64,000 nucleotides of DNA from Candidatus Gottesmanbacteria bacterium (GCA_903821745.1 CAIJMI010000005.1:135802-199801); one strand, 5' to 3'; shown: positions 18,770 through 29,498, counted from the first letter of the stretch. A program made the numbers and translations. The notes: generated by a model from the sequence alone, not told the origin.

Positions 18770-19588
18770 CTAATGTATAAACGAATTTTGACTATAGACA
18801 CTATAATCAAATATCGAAGCCGGCCAAGGATATTGTCGTTTTACAACAATTTTCCTCGTAACTCCACCGTCTGTTCTTCCGGTAGACGTAATTTCAACAC
18901 CCTGTTTTGGTAGCGTTATATCCGTTCCAACCGGTGCAACCGTAAATGTTGTATTGCCATAAAAAGGGCGAAGCCGAACTAAAAGGGGAATACCACCAGG
19001 AAGGGTAATATTTTGTCTATACACATTCATCACTGTTCCACAGCTACCATTAATTTCTGTTATAGAAGAAAAATTGTTTTGTGGGCGAGAAGCAATATCA
19101 GGATCATATGCACCGCGACTTACCATATAAACTCCGGCTAATTTATAGTACACAATCACTTCTATCGCTGGAGTCGGAAAACCACTAAGTGCTGGTGTCC
19201 AACAAATATTTAAGGACGTCCCTTTATAATAATCTGATTCATCAATTGCATTTAAACTCGTATGCCCAACTAACCAAACAGATTCCACTTTTCCTACATT
19301 CGTTGTGGGAAGCGTGTATGTTCCTGTGGTGCCGCCAATAATCGTTGACGTTGATGAATAACTTACTCCGGGAGCATAATTTTGCACATTAGTAACGGTC
19401 CCTGTTTTCAACGCCGCTTCAAGTCCTGCCTCAGCAGCACTAAACGCACGAGCAGATTCTTCTAAATTCCGACTCATAGAAACATCTGTAACACTCCGAC
19501 CAATAAGAGAAAGTGCAATGGTTATTGCAATGGATAACACCAAGACAGTAATAAGCAATACCTGTCCATGGACTCTATATGTTCTCAT
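18770..19588 (-). CDS. PilX-like minor pilin
   Basis: G/QVLLITVLV N-terminus lacking E5; AFSAAEAGLE. Confidence 0.75.
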   Translation of the reverse strand: MRTYRVHGQVLLITVLVLSIAITIALSLIGRSVTDVSMSRNLEESARAFSAAEAGLEAALKTGTVTNVQNYAPGVSYSSTSTIIGGTTGTYTLPTTNVGKVESVWLVGHTSLNAIDESDYYKGTSLNICWTPALSGFPTPAIEVIVYYKLAGVYMVSRGAYDPDIASRPQNNFSSITEINGSCGTVMNVYRQNITLPGGIPLLVRLRPFYGNTTFTVAPVGTDITLPKQGVEITSTGRTDGGVTRKIVVKRQYPWPASIFDYSVYSQNSFIH

Positions 19589-19634
19589 ATATCTAGTATA
19601 CGGTTAAGCTTGGAAAAGACGCAAGTTCTTTTCA

Positions 19635-20222
19635 TCAATTATTCCGCGTTGTACCGGTCGACTGAAATGTCTCTGTCGCACCTTCAAATACTCCTGTTGT
19701 TGCATTTTGCTGTCGCAAACGAAAGAAGATGGAAACAGACGTTACTTTATCACCAATTGATGTACAGACAAATTGAAGCGCTGCATCCTCGGTATCAGCA
19801 ATACCGCATCCTGCATCTCCAGCGTTAGCAACTAACGTCACATTTCCGCTTGAAATAAATGAAGTTGTTGAAAGTGTTGCGCTTTCTGAAGCAATACGAA
19901 ATACACTTCGTGTTGTATATTGGGTATCCGCTGCACATCGAAAGGTAGTTTCAATACCATCAATATTAACAATCGTTAATTCTGATAGGATTGTACCGGT
20001 ACAGGGTGAGGAAACACCTCGAGCATTTTGAATCATTCGTCGTACGGTTTCCATCGTTGCTGTTCCAGTTTGTTTCATTTCTTTTAACTGTTCCGTCTTT
20101 GTATTCAACCGAACCGTTGTAAACAAAACCTGAGCTATAATAACTGAAACAAGAGAAAGGACACCTGCTGATACCAAGAGCTCAAGAAGCGTAAACCCGT
20201 GTTTCTGTTGACAGATGGTCAT
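19635..20222 (-). CDS. Minor pilin (PilW-like)
   Basis: HG/FTLLELLV class III signal. Confidence 0.8.
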   Translation of the reverse strand: MTICQQKHGFTLLELLVSAGVLSLVSVIIAQVLFTTVRLNTKTEQLKEMKQTGTATMETVRRMIQNARGVSSPCTGTILSELTIVNIDGIETTFRCAADTQYTTRSVFRIASESATLSTTSFISSGNVTLVANAGDAGCGIADTEDAALQFVCTSIGDKVTSVSIFFRLRQQNATTGVFEGATETFQSTGTTRNN

Positions 20223-20223
20223 A

Positions 20224-20643
20224 TTATTTCCAATTCGTTAATGTGGTTTGTAGTATCACTTCTTTTTGTATTCCAGATTCAATCCAGGAAACAGTTGATA
20301 TCACTACAACCGATTGCGTTCCCACGTCATAGGAATACGTTAAAAGTCTGGTATACCGATTATCTATTTGCGCGCAAGAATTAGGCAAAATAACACCTGC
20401 TGCATCGGCGCAAAATGTTCCAGAACGCGCAAACACTGCCCAACCTGCATCTCGCTCTTTTCTCGCAAGTTCCAAGCCTTCCTGTGCATACTGTGTGGCG
20501 TATGTTCGCAATCTACTTGTTTCTGCATATCGAAGCGATGCCGTTGTTCCAACAATAAGTCCAGTCACTAACAAAACAACAACACCAAGTGTTACTACTG
20601 ATTCAACAAGCGATTGTCCATGATACACCATCTGTCTCGTCAT
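20224..20643 (-). CDS. Minor pilin (PilV-like)
   Basis: G/QSLVESVV; AQEGLELAR. Confidence 0.75.
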   Translation of the reverse strand: MTRQMVYHGQSLVESVVTLGVVVLLVTGLIVGTTASLRYAETSRLRTYATQYAQEGLELARKERDAGWAVFARSGTFCADAAGVILPNSCAQIDNRYTRLLTYSYDVGTQSVVVISTVSWIESGIQKEVILQTTLTNWK

Positions 20644-21146
20644 AAGGTATTATAGTCACTAATGACTCCTGATTGCGTCACGCTAACGGAATATGTTCCA
20701 CCTTTACCGGAAAGCACAATAATCTGATCTCCCGTTAAATCAGTAACTCCCGTCACCGTAAAAAAACGAATAATGGGGTATGTTCCGCCAAATGTTATAC
20801 CTGCCGGTAAATACTGATACGAAATTTCATTACTGGTATCAATGGCAGTCCCATTTTGTGAACATACCGGCTTCGTGGTATAGCAAGGACCCTTTCCATT
20901 ACAATTCGCTAAAAAATCAATATCATAACCTTCCAATGTCGAATCATTAACACATAAGGCTGTCTTTTGACCGGACGTTGCTTTTGTTCGTGCAAGACGT
21001 AAATCCGTCCGAAGCGTCAATCCTGCTTGTTTTACCTTTTGCTTATCCGTATACAAATTGTAATTTAAAATAGTGAGGACAGAAATAATAAGAATAACAC
21101 CAATCACAACGATAAGTTCAATGAGCGTAAATCCTGTATGTTTCAT
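20640..21146 (-). CDS. Minor pilin (FimT/GspH-like)
   Basis: G/FTLIELIVV; LRLARTKA. Confidence 0.8.
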   Translation of the reverse strand: MKHTGFTLIELIVVIGVILIISVLTILNYNLYTDKQKVKQAGLTLRTDLRLARTKATSGQKTALCVNDSTLEGYDIDFLANCNGKGPCYTTKPVCSQNGTAIDTSNEISYQYLPAGITFGGTYPIIRFFTVTGVTDLTGDQIIVLSGKGGTYSVSVTQSGVISDYNTL

Positions 21147-21568
21147 GGATTTCTTCGACCGTAGTTATACCCACCTAAATCTGTTACCCCGCAGGTTGTA
21201 TCGGTTGTGGTAGATGGTTCCATAGAAGCAGCGACACAATAGCCATAATATTGACCATTATTTATATCTGTTGCAACATACAAATAGGGAAGTCCTTTCG
21301 GATCTGTTGGAATCGCTGGCATATAGGTATCAATAACTCCCGATAAATTTGTTGCTGTATCAATACTTCCAGGATTCACATTTGGATAATAACCAAAATC
21401 CGCGCGGTATAATTCGAGTGCCGATCGCATTTGTTCGATGTCACTTCGCCGTTTCGTGTTTCTCGCGTTTTTGTTAATACTGGTATACGACACAACACCA
21501 ATTGCCGTAAGTATAGCAATAATTGCAATAGCAATTAATATTTCCATGAGCGTAAATCCTTTTTTCAC
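21143..21568 (-). CDS. Type IV pilin (GspG-like); GTG start
   Basis: KKG/FTLMEILI, ARNTKRRSDIE, ALELYRAD, PTDP. Confidence 0.85.
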   Translation of the reverse strand: MKKGFTLMEILIAIAIIAILTAIGVVSYTSINKNARNTKRRSDIEQMRSALELYRADFGYYPNVNPGSIDTATNLSGVIDTYMPAIPTDPKGLPYLYVATDINNGQYYGYCVAASMEPSTTTDTTCGVTDLGGYNYGRRNP

Positions 21569-21581
21569 AGTATGTCCTTTC

Positions 21582-21986
21582 TTATTGCCGTTGATGAATA
21601 CAATAAAAATTCCCATCCGTTACTGTTCCGTCACAATTTGATGCACTATTTCCACTTTCCACTTCAAGAGTCGCGCAAACACAATAGGAGGTTGTATCAG
21701 GACAAGACATGGAATACCCTTCCTTCGTTTTTGGGTCAAACGGATAGTTGTCCGGCAAATACATTGTATCAATAACACATCCATCCCCCGATGGGTAGCT
21801 TTGTGTATCAGCAAAGGACTGCTCAATTCCTTGTTGGACAGCTTTCAAATCTGAGACTCTTCTGCTATCCCGCGCTTTTTTTTGCATAGTCGTATATGAA
21901 GCTGTTGCTATAGCCGTTAAAATTGCGATAAGTGCAATAACAATAAGAAGTTCGATGAGTGAGAATCCGTTTTTACGCGTTACCAT
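21582..21986 (-). CDS. Type IV pilin (GspG-like)
   Basis: NG/FSLIELLIV, ARDSRRVSDL, PFDP, C-terminal Cys residues. Confidence 0.85.
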   Translation of the reverse strand: MVTRKNGFSLIELLIVIALIAILTAIATASYTTMQKKARDSRRVSDLKAVQQGIEQSFADTQSYPSGDGCVIDTMYLPDNYPFDPKTKEGYSMSCPDTTSYCVCATLEVESGNSASNCDGTVTDGNFYCIHQRQ

Positions 21987-22738
21987 AATGTATTCCATAT
22001 ACGGAGTATTGGTTCGCTCCATAATAGGGCCGTACCCATTCCAAAAATAAGGAATGGTCCGAACGGAATATGACTTTTCAGCTTCCGCATCCGCCCTAAA
22101 ATTAGTATGACACCCACTATTGCACCCGTCAAGAAAGCAGTGTAAAACGCAATAATTAAATTCGGATAACCACAAACTAAACCAATGAGGAACGCAAGAA
22201 GAATGTCTCCATCTCCCATAGCTTTTCCTCTTGAAAAAAACCAGAGTAAGTAAAAAAAACTCGCTCCAATGCAAGCAGGCAATAATGCAAATGAAACAAG
22301 ATGGAGAAGGGGAACAGTAAGAAATAACCGTAAGACAATACCGACCCCCGCAACATACAACATTTCAATAGGAATAAATTCTGTTTTTAAATCCACAACA
22401 AAAATAACGAGAAATGAGCAAAATAAAATCAGCGAAGAAAGAAAGAACAATGGGGAAGTATGGGCAGCATAAAGCAGCATAAACCCAACACCCGTAACTA
22501 GTTCAATAAGCGGATATTGAAGAGAAATAGGTTTACGGCAACATCGACTCTTTCCTCCTTGAATAACCCAGGAAACAAAAGGGATAAGTTCGTACCATAC
22601 AAGTGTGCGCTTACAATAATCACAATGGGAACGGCCATGGACAACATCCTGACCAACGGGTAAACGATCAATAAGAACGTTTAAAAACGATCCAATTGCA
22701 CAACCAAAAATAAAAATAATAATACTCAATTCATTCAT
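21980..22738 (-). CDS. pilD: Prepilin peptidase
   Basis: GSFLNVLIDR, SHCDYC, MGDGD, PFGPFL. Confidence 0.95.
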   Translation of the reverse strand: MNELSIIIFIFGCAIGSFLNVLIDRLPVGQDVVHGRSHCDYCKRTLVWYELIPFVSWVIQGGKSRCCRKPISLQYPLIELVTGVGFMLLYAAHTSPLFFLSSLILFCSFLVIFVVDLKTEFIPIEMLYVAGVGIVLRLFLTVPLLHLVSFALLPACIGASFFYLLWFFSRGKAMGDGDILLAFLIGLVCGYPNLIIAFYTAFLTGAIVGVILILGRMRKLKSHIPFGPFLIFGMGTALLWSEPILRIWNTLW

Positions 22739-22767
22739 ATCATCATTATACGTATTTACAAAAACAA

Positions 22768-24771
22768 TTACTGTTGATCATTTTGTATATCCTTAGGGAA
22801 TTTTTTCTCATAAAATGCCGCAAAGGGATCCACATCTGTATCGCTTCCACAAACCTGCTTCCATTTATAATATTGCCGAAGTATCGCACGATCATATCCC
22901 CATTTTTTAACAAATAATGAAAGAAGGATCTTCGCATCTCCACAACGATTATGTTGATACAAAATAACAATAGGATACAAATACGATTCCGGAACCACAT
23001 TCAACTCTAACGCTAATGCCTTCTGCAACTCATTTTCTATATCTGAAAGTGATAAATCTGCCAATGCCATTTCCCGAACAACTATAGAGCGGTGTTGCCC
23101 GTACACTCGTAGGACATCCGATATCATTGGTATTTGTTTATGAAACGGAATGAGCACTGTTGGCGGAACAAATTGTTCCCAGAGTGGTAACGTATCCTGA
23201 ACGATTTTCTTATGATCCAACGAAACAGTTGAGTCAGGAGAATAGAGAAATAATAACCCATGCGCAGTCCATTGACCCGGTAACAAATTCGATTCGGTAT
23301 CGCAAACCAGAGGATGAGTTGCGATATTTGCAGTCACAAATGATTCTATCAATAACCGGTAATCCGAATTTTTTGGTTCAGGAACAATCAAATCAGGATA
23401 TTGCAAACGAAGAAACGATCGGTAATGGATATTTCCAAACCACCGGAAAAAAACGAACCGAATATCCGGCCTCTTTTTCTGAATAAAGTAAGTATAGTAC
23501 ATCGCATACGTCGATGTGTCTTCAAACAAAAATAAAATTCCATTTTGTGGCGTACTTTTTGCGATGTCGGTTGCAAGCTGTTCCATGGATGTATCGGTAC
23601 GTAACAAAGAAAACGCTTGATAATTATGTTTCCACTGAGAAAATCCGAGAAGGACAAAAAGAAGAAATACCACCAGCATATAAATACGTTTTTTCGTCTT
23701 CAACACCATCGCAATACCATATGCAACACACACGGCAAGTAATTGATACGGAACGATAAAAAACCGTTCAGTCGTTCCAATTTGATAATTCAACAGTTGC
23801 GTAAATCCTGCTATAAAGAAAAATAGTATCCAGCTACAGAGCGATACGGTTATAAAATCATACAGATGTGCTGCACGTTTCCGTAATACAAAAAGGCCAA
23901 GCAATATAAAAACGACGCCAACTAAAGAAAAATCGCGAACAATAAATTGAAAAAACGTATAGACATTCAATATTCTATTGAGAAACATTGGGGGACCGCC
24001 TGCTGTCGCCTGAAATGTCCCATATGATGCGCGCGTTACAAGTCGAATAAATCCTTCTCGTGTTGCTGCATGCTCGATATCAAATAATGTTCCACGAAAT
24101 GAAACAATGGGAGCATATATATAGGGAAGAAATCCTAATAAACCAAACAGAAATATTTTCCACCATGCATGAACAAGATGGGGAAGAACATCACGTCGTC
24201 TCCAAAAAATAAACATGATTGCTGGAAGGATAGTAAAAAGAATAGCGTGATGATGCGTCAATGCAATCCCTGTCCAAAAAGCTAAAAAGAGAAGTTGTGT
24301 TTGTTTCCCTTCTTCAAACCATGCAACCAGTTGATCTAACAATACGATGCTCATAAAACTATAGAGTCCGAACACCTCCTGCGATATAGCGTTGAGCCAA
24401 ACGGGACTGGTAAATCCAAATAAAACTGCTGCCACCGTGGAAGCAAAAAATGATGTTGTACATCGATAACATAGTCGCCACAAAAAATATAACGCCAGAG
24501 CGCTGGGGAGAGAAGAAAGAAAACAAGCGCGCCATGCAACAGTTCCCCATGAAAGTGCATGAATGAACAATCCGGATAAAAAGGTATAAAGTGGATAGCC
24601 AGGAGGGTGAGGGATACCCCACACATACGAGGCAAGTGTTACATCTCCTGCATCACCCCCATAAATACTATGCATCTGCATAGATATATATATCCATGCA
24701 AAACAGAAAGCTATAATGCTTGGAATACCATAAACCGCGAAAGTTACCAATCGCGGTTTAGGTTGAATCAT
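22768..24771 (-). CDS. DUF2723/TMEM260-like multi-pass glycosyltransferase
   Basis: GGDAGD, GIPHPPGYPLY, QEVF, LTHH motifs; many TM helices. Confidence 0.8.
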   Translation of the reverse strand: MIQPKPRLVTFAVYGIPSIIAFCFAWIYISMQMHSIYGGDAGDVTLASYVWGIPHPPGYPLYTFLSGLFIHALSWGTVAWRACFLSSLPSALALYFLWRLCYRCTTSFFASTVAAVLFGFTSPVWLNAISQEVFGLYSFMSIVLLDQLVAWFEEGKQTQLLFLAFWTGIALTHHHAILFTILPAIMFIFWRRRDVLPHLVHAWWKIFLFGLLGFLPYIYAPIVSFRGTLFDIEHAATREGFIRLVTRASYGTFQATAGGPPMFLNRILNVYTFFQFIVRDFSLVGVVFILLGLFVLRKRAAHLYDFITVSLCSWILFFFIAGFTQLLNYQIGTTERFFIVPYQLLAVCVAYGIAMVLKTKKRIYMLVVFLLFVLLGFSQWKHNYQAFSLLRTDTSMEQLATDIAKSTPQNGILFLFEDTSTYAMYYTYFIQKKRPDIRFVFFRWFGNIHYRSFLRLQYPDLIVPEPKNSDYRLLIESFVTANIATHPLVCDTESNLLPGQWTAHGLLFLYSPDSTVSLDHKKIVQDTLPLWEQFVPPTVLIPFHKQIPMISDVLRVYGQHRSIVVREMALADLSLSDIENELQKALALELNVVPESYLYPIVILYQHNRCGDAKILLSLFVKKWGYDRAILRQYYKWKQVCGSDTDVDPFAAFYEKKFPKDIQNDQQ

Positions 24772-24785
24772 TTGTTTCACAACGA

Positions 24786-25319
24786 TTATTGAACACACCA
24801 GAAACAATTAATACCTGTTGCATCTTTACTCTTACAAGCGGTTGCTCCTGACGTTACGGTATTTTCTACTCCTGACTGATCATATTTTGTTGCTGGATCA
24901 ACCTGGAATGATTTTGAACCTGGCTGATAACACACACGTACTTCCACTGACGACGTTGGAGATGAAGGCAGATAAGTAACAAACACTTTGTCAAGTTGCC
25001 CACTGTAAATCTCTTTAAAATTCGATTTCATTTCTCCTGCTGCCATCATGTTTGATAATGCAGTATTAATTGTTGCTGCACTAAGATTGGTGGAACTGAA
25101 CGTGGTTGTCTGATCTGTCCATGGCATTTTATTTGTTGTTGCGTAATACCGCAACACTGCCGTTTGAACTTGATTGACCAAATCTCGTGTTCCTGTATCT
25201 GTGCCCTTTTTCAATTGTTCAAATGGATCAAGTGCACCAATAAGACCGATAGCGAGAGCTCCTAATAAGGCGATAACGATAAGAAGCTCGACGAGCGTAA
25301 AACCTTTTTGTCTTTTCAT
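24786..25319 (-). CDS. Probable major type IV pilin
   Basis: QKG/FTLVELLIV; strong SD AAGGAGGTGA and its own promoter. Confidence 0.85.
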   Translation of the reverse strand: MKRQKGFTLVELLIVIALLGALAIGLIGALDPFEQLKKGTDTGTRDLVNQVQTAVLRYYATTNKMPWTDQTTTFSSTNLSAATINTALSNMMAAGEMKSNFKEIYSGQLDKVFVTYLPSSPTSSVEVRVCYQPGSKSFQVDPATKYDQSGVENTVTSGATACKSKDATGINCFWCVQ

Positions 25320-25359
25320 ATTGTTATCACCTCCTTACAATAAAATCTCTTCTCTTATT

Positions 25360-25389
25360 ACTGTATAAGAACGTCTCTTCAATTGTCAA
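25360..25389 (-). promoter_or_regulatory. Internal promoter for major pilin
   Basis: TTGACA-N18-TACAGT in the pilC-pilin gap. Confidence 0.55.
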
Positions 25390-25398
25390 CACAAATAC

Positions 25399-26607
25399 CT
25401 ATTTAAATTGCGATGTCAAATTATAAATTGGCGTTATGACCGATATGACAATAAAACCAATACCAACTCCCAAAACGACCATAATAATTGGTTCAATTGC
25501 CGTGGTGAGTCCTTTCACCATTCCTTCTGTTTCCATTTGAAAATATTTAGAAATTTTCAATAGAGTGTCATCCAATTTTCCTGTTTCTTCTCCAACCTTC
25601 ACCATTTGGGACACAATAGGTGGAAATTCTTTATGCGCAGCAAACATATCACCAAGTGGAAACCCTTTCTCAACCTTTTTTGCAATATCTTCAATAGCGT
25701 TTTGAAACAAAATATTATTCAGTGACCCTTTTAAAATACGTAGTGCATCAAGAATATGAATACCGGACCCAATTAACATCGAAAGTGTTCTCGTAAACTC
25801 AACAAGAATCAGCTTTTGCTGTAAAACACCAAAAATAGGAAGTTTTAATACGAGTGAATCCAACAAATATTGTCCGGATTCTGTCTTTTTCCACCGAGCA
25901 AACCCTAATGAAACACCACCGAGAAGAATAATCATGATCCACCATTTATATAAAATAAAGTTTGATAATCCGATTAACAATTTTGTAGACCAGGGAAGCT
26001 CAATACCAAAATCTTTGTATAAATCCGTAAGTCTTGGCATAACAACGATCATCATAATGATAACAACCGCTATCATACCAACAACGATAATGGCAGGATA
26101 AATCAATGCACCAACAACTTTATTCCGAAATTCCCGTTGTCCCTCAAGTGAATCGGCAAGCTGTACTAACACTTTATCCAGTTGTCCTGACGCCTCTCCA
26201 GCACGGACAAGCGAGATATAAATATTAGAAAAATATTGCGGATATTTGGATAAAGCATCGCCTAAATTTCCACCACCAACGATATTTCGTTCAATTTCCC
26301 CCAATACTTGTGCAAGTTGGGGATTTGGCGATTGGGTCTTTAAAATACCAAGTGAATCTGGAATAGAAAGACCCGATGTAACCATGGTCGATAACTGACG
26401 AGTAAAATTCACGATGTCAGAAAAACTCACTTTTTGCATTTTGGTAAATGCGGAAGATAAGGCTTTTTCCTGTGTTTGGGATAGAGAAACAACAAACAAC
26501 TGTTTTTCTTTTAAGAGTTTAATCGCTTGATCCTGACTACTTGCTTCAACCAACCCCGTTGCTTCTTTTCCATCCGGGGAGAATGCTTTGTATTTAAAAA
26601 ATGCCAT
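25399..26607 (-). CDS. pilC: Type IV pilus platform protein PilC (GspF family)
   Basis: FTRQLSTM, GEASGQLD, YP, GEETGKLD, IEP. Confidence 0.95.
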   Translation of the reverse strand: MAFFKYKAFSPDGKEATGLVEASSQDQAIKLLKEKQLFVVSLSQTQEKALSSAFTKMQKVSFSDIVNFTRQLSTMVTSGLSIPDSLGILKTQSPNPQLAQVLGEIERNIVGGGNLGDALSKYPQYFSNIYISLVRAGEASGQLDKVLVQLADSLEGQREFRNKVVGALIYPAIIVVGMIAVVIIMMIVVMPRLTDLYKDFGIELPWSTKLLIGLSNFILYKWWIMIILLGGVSLGFARWKKTESGQYLLDSLVLKLPIFGVLQQKLILVEFTRTLSMLIGSGIHILDALRILKGSLNNILFQNAIEDIAKKVEKGFPLGDMFAAHKEFPPIVSQMVKVGEETGKLDDTLLKISKYFQMETEGMVKGLTTAIEPIIMVVLGVGIGFIVISVITPIYNLTSQFK

Positions 26608-26613
26608 ATGAAA

Positions 26614-27669
26614 TTATCCTCGCTTCAGCAATCTACCAATGTCTTCTGGCCGAAGAGCATAGGCTGTTGCGACATCCACACTAATGTTCCCATCGTTTAC
26701 TGCCTTGGCAAGCGCCGCTTCCAAAGTCATCATACTAAATTCAGCAGATGTTTGTATCACGTTATCCAACTGATGTGTTTTCCCCTCACGGATGACTGAC
26801 CGAACAGCAGGTGTTGCAGTCATAACTTCACATACTGCAATTAACCCACCTTTAATTGCTGGAACCAATCGTTGGGAAATAACACCTTCAAGAACATTAG
26901 ATAACTGTAACCGTATCTGCTGTTGTTGATGCTCAGGGAATACATCGATAATACGATCAACGGTTTGGGCGGCTGAATTCGTATGAAGCGTTGCCAAGAC
27001 CAAATGTCCAGTTTCAGCAATGGTAATTGCAGCTGCAATAGTTTCATAATCACGCATTTCACCAATAAGCACAACATCCGGATCTTCACGGAGAACACTT
27101 CGAAGTGCAATGGACCAGGAATGGGTATCACCGTGCATCTCGCGCTGCGAAACGATCGACATTGCCGATGGATATATATATTCAACAGGATCTTCTATCG
27201 TTACAATATGTGATGCTTTCGTTTGATTAATGCGATCAATCATTGCAGCAAGAGTTGTTGATTTTCCTTGTCCTGTTGGACCGGTAACCAAAATCAGACC
27301 CTGACGAAGTTTCACAAAATCATGGAGCACTTCAGGAAGTCCTAACTCTTCAATGGAACGAATTTTTTCCGGAATATACCGAAATGCTCCTGCTGGAGTC
27401 CCACGCTGATTATATAAATTGACACGAAATCGCCCGGTTGGTGCAACATACGAAAAATCAACTTCTTTATTGGTCAAAAATAATTCTTTTTGTTCCTCCG
27501 AACAAATAGACAAAAGAAGCTCATGTACATCTGATTCCGAAAGTACGGCCTGTCCACTGATCATCTGTAATTTTCCCGATACACGAAGCATAGGGGGATA
27601 TCCAACGATCAGATGAATATCCGATGCTACAATACGCGATGCTTCTGCACATAATTCCTGCATGTTCAT
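26614..27669 (-). CDS. pilT: Retraction ATPase PilT
   Basis: GPTGQGKSTT, LREDPD, HTNSA, AVRSVIRE (AIRNLIRE-like). Confidence 0.95.
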   Translation of the reverse strand: MNMQELCAEASRIVASDIHLIVGYPPMLRVSGKLQMISGQAVLSESDVHELLLSICSEEQKELFLTNKEVDFSYVAPTGRFRVNLYNQRGTPAGAFRYIPEKIRSIEELGLPEVLHDFVKLRQGLILVTGPTGQGKSTTLAAMIDRINQTKASHIVTIEDPVEYIYPSAMSIVSQREMHGDTHSWSIALRSVLREDPDVVLIGEMRDYETIAAAITIAETGHLVLATLHTNSAAQTVDRIIDVFPEHQQQQIRLQLSNVLEGVISQRLVPAIKGGLIAVCEVMTATPAVRSVIREGKTHQLDNVIQTSAEFSMMTLEAALAKAVNDGNISVDVATAYALRPEDIGRLLKRG

Positions 27670-27680
27670 AATTGCTTCTC

Positions 27681-29402
27681 CTAATCCTGCGCAACGCGCA
27701 ACACTTCTTCAATTGATGTTAGGCCTTCCAATGCTTTCATATAGCCATCTTGTTTCATGGTTATCATTCCTTCAGAAATTGCTTGTGTTTCAATATCTTT
27801 CATGGTCGCACGAGACAAAGTCAACCGACTAATGGCATCTGTGACGGCAAATACTTCAAATATACCAAGTCTTCCATGATACCCTGTGCCTGCACAGGTA
27901 GAACAGGACACATCACTAACCGTTCCTTTTCCGCGATACAATTTTATTGGTTTATCTTTTTGAAGCAGGGGTCCCAACACTGCACGGACATCATCTTGTA
28001 TCGGCTGTTCTGGAATATATTCTTCTTTACAGGTTTCGCAAATTTTTCGTGCAATACGTTGACCAACAACTGCGTTAAGTGCCGATGCGATAAGGAATGG
28101 CTCAGCCCCAAGATCTATAAGCCGTGGAATTGCACCTGAGGCGTTATTTGTGTGCAGCGTTGAAAACACCAAATGACCGGTAAGTGCAGCCTGTACAGCC
28201 AGTTCCGTTGTTTCCTGATCCCTAATTTCTCCAACAAGAATAATATTTGGATCCTGACGCAAAAATGATCGTAAACCCGTTGCAAACGTTAATCCTGCTG
28301 GTGCGTTCACTTGGACTTGATTCACCCCTGCAATCTGATACTCAACCGGATCTTCCAGCGTCATTATATTAACCCGAGCATTATTGAGTTTATTCAGCAC
28401 AGAATACAATGTCGTCGTTTTTCCGGAACCAGTTGGTCCGGTCACAAGAATAATGCCGTGTGGCCGGGTAATGGATGTTTCCAAATTTTTTAATGCAAGA
28501 CCGCGAAGCCCAAGTTCCGGCAAGGAGGGAACCCCGCCAGATTTTTTCAAAAGCCGCATAACGATTTTTTCTCCAAACACTGTGGGAAGAGAGGATACAC
28601 GAAGATCAACCTCTTCATCTCCCATTTTAAAATTAAACCGTCCATCCTGTGGAATACGCCGTTCATCAATTTTCATATCGCCTAAAATTTTAATACGCGA
28701 TATGACGGCTTCATGGAGTCGTCTTGGAAGCAAGAGTCGTTCTTGCAAAATCCCATCCACCCGATACCGAACACGCGTTTCCGCATCCTGTGGTTCAATA
28801 TGAACATCTGATGCACGAAGCCGGATTGCCTGCTCAAGAATAGCAGAAACGATTTGTGCAATAGGAGCTTCCCGAATCACTTCATTTAAATGTCCCGCTT
28901 CATAAGTCTTTATATCAGACGGTGCTGTTTCTTTGAGCGCTGCAGTAACATCTTCTCCCAAATGCTGTGTGTACAAATTATTAATTGCCGTAAGTATCTT
29001 TTCTTTTACTGCCATATACGCAGTAATCGTTTTGTTTGTTTTCTTCTCCAAAAAATCAATAATCTGCGCATCGAGTGGATCTGCCATTGCAACTAAGAGC
29101 GTATTCGTCTTAGTATCAAATTCAAACGGCACAAGAATATATTTTCTTGCAACCGCCTCTGGAACATAGGTGATCAATTCCGGAGAAAAAGCGAGGGAGG
29201 AAACGTCAGCAAAGGGAATATTGAGGACTGCTGCCCGCGCACGAAGGATATCTTCTTCTTTTACTAATCGTTTTTGAAGCAGCAATGATTCGACGGATTC
29301 ACCAACATTTAAGGATTGAAGCAGTATTTCATCTGCCTGTTCCTTCGAAAGGTTTTTATTTTGAACCAGCTTATTTAATAATTCTTGGGCAGCGGCAGGC
29401 AT
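27681..29402 (-). CDS. pilB: Assembly ATPase PilB (GspE family)
   Basis: ASDVHIEP, GPTGSGKTTT, LRQDP, Cys zinc motif, N-terminal T2SSE_N domain. Confidence 0.95.
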   Translation of the reverse strand: MPAAAQELLNKLVQNKNLSKEQADEILLQSLNVGESVESLLLQKRLVKEEDILRARAAVLNIPFADVSSLAFSPELITYVPEAVARKYILVPFEFDTKTNTLLVAMADPLDAQIIDFLEKKTNKTITAYMAVKEKILTAINNLYTQHLGEDVTAALKETAPSDIKTYEAGHLNEVIREAPIAQIVSAILEQAIRLRASDVHIEPQDAETRVRYRVDGILQERLLLPRRLHEAVISRIKILGDMKIDERRIPQDGRFNFKMGDEEVDLRVSSLPTVFGEKIVMRLLKKSGGVPSLPELGLRGLALKNLETSITRPHGIILVTGPTGSGKTTTLYSVLNKLNNARVNIMTLEDPVEYQIAGVNQVQVNAPAGLTFATGLRSFLRQDPNIILVGEIRDQETTELAVQAALTGHLVFSTLHTNNASGAIPRLIDLGAEPFLIASALNAVVGQRIARKICETCKEEYIPEQPIQDDVRAVLGPLLQKDKPIKLYRGKGTVSDVSCSTCAGTGYHGRLGIFEVFAVTDAISRLTLSRATMKDIETQAISEGMITMKQDGYMKALEGLTSIEEVLRVAQD

Positions 29403-29498
29403 ATATAAATCTCAAAAATACACAAATACAACAAAAATATTGTCCTTTAGTTATTATTGAATGTTTTATGATATATTGCAAGAGAAACGTAGACCTCT

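Noticed and set aside
21987-22274. Long N-terminal extension of the 21582 pilin ORF
   Set aside because: Overlaps pilD in another frame; the class III signal indicates a start at 21986
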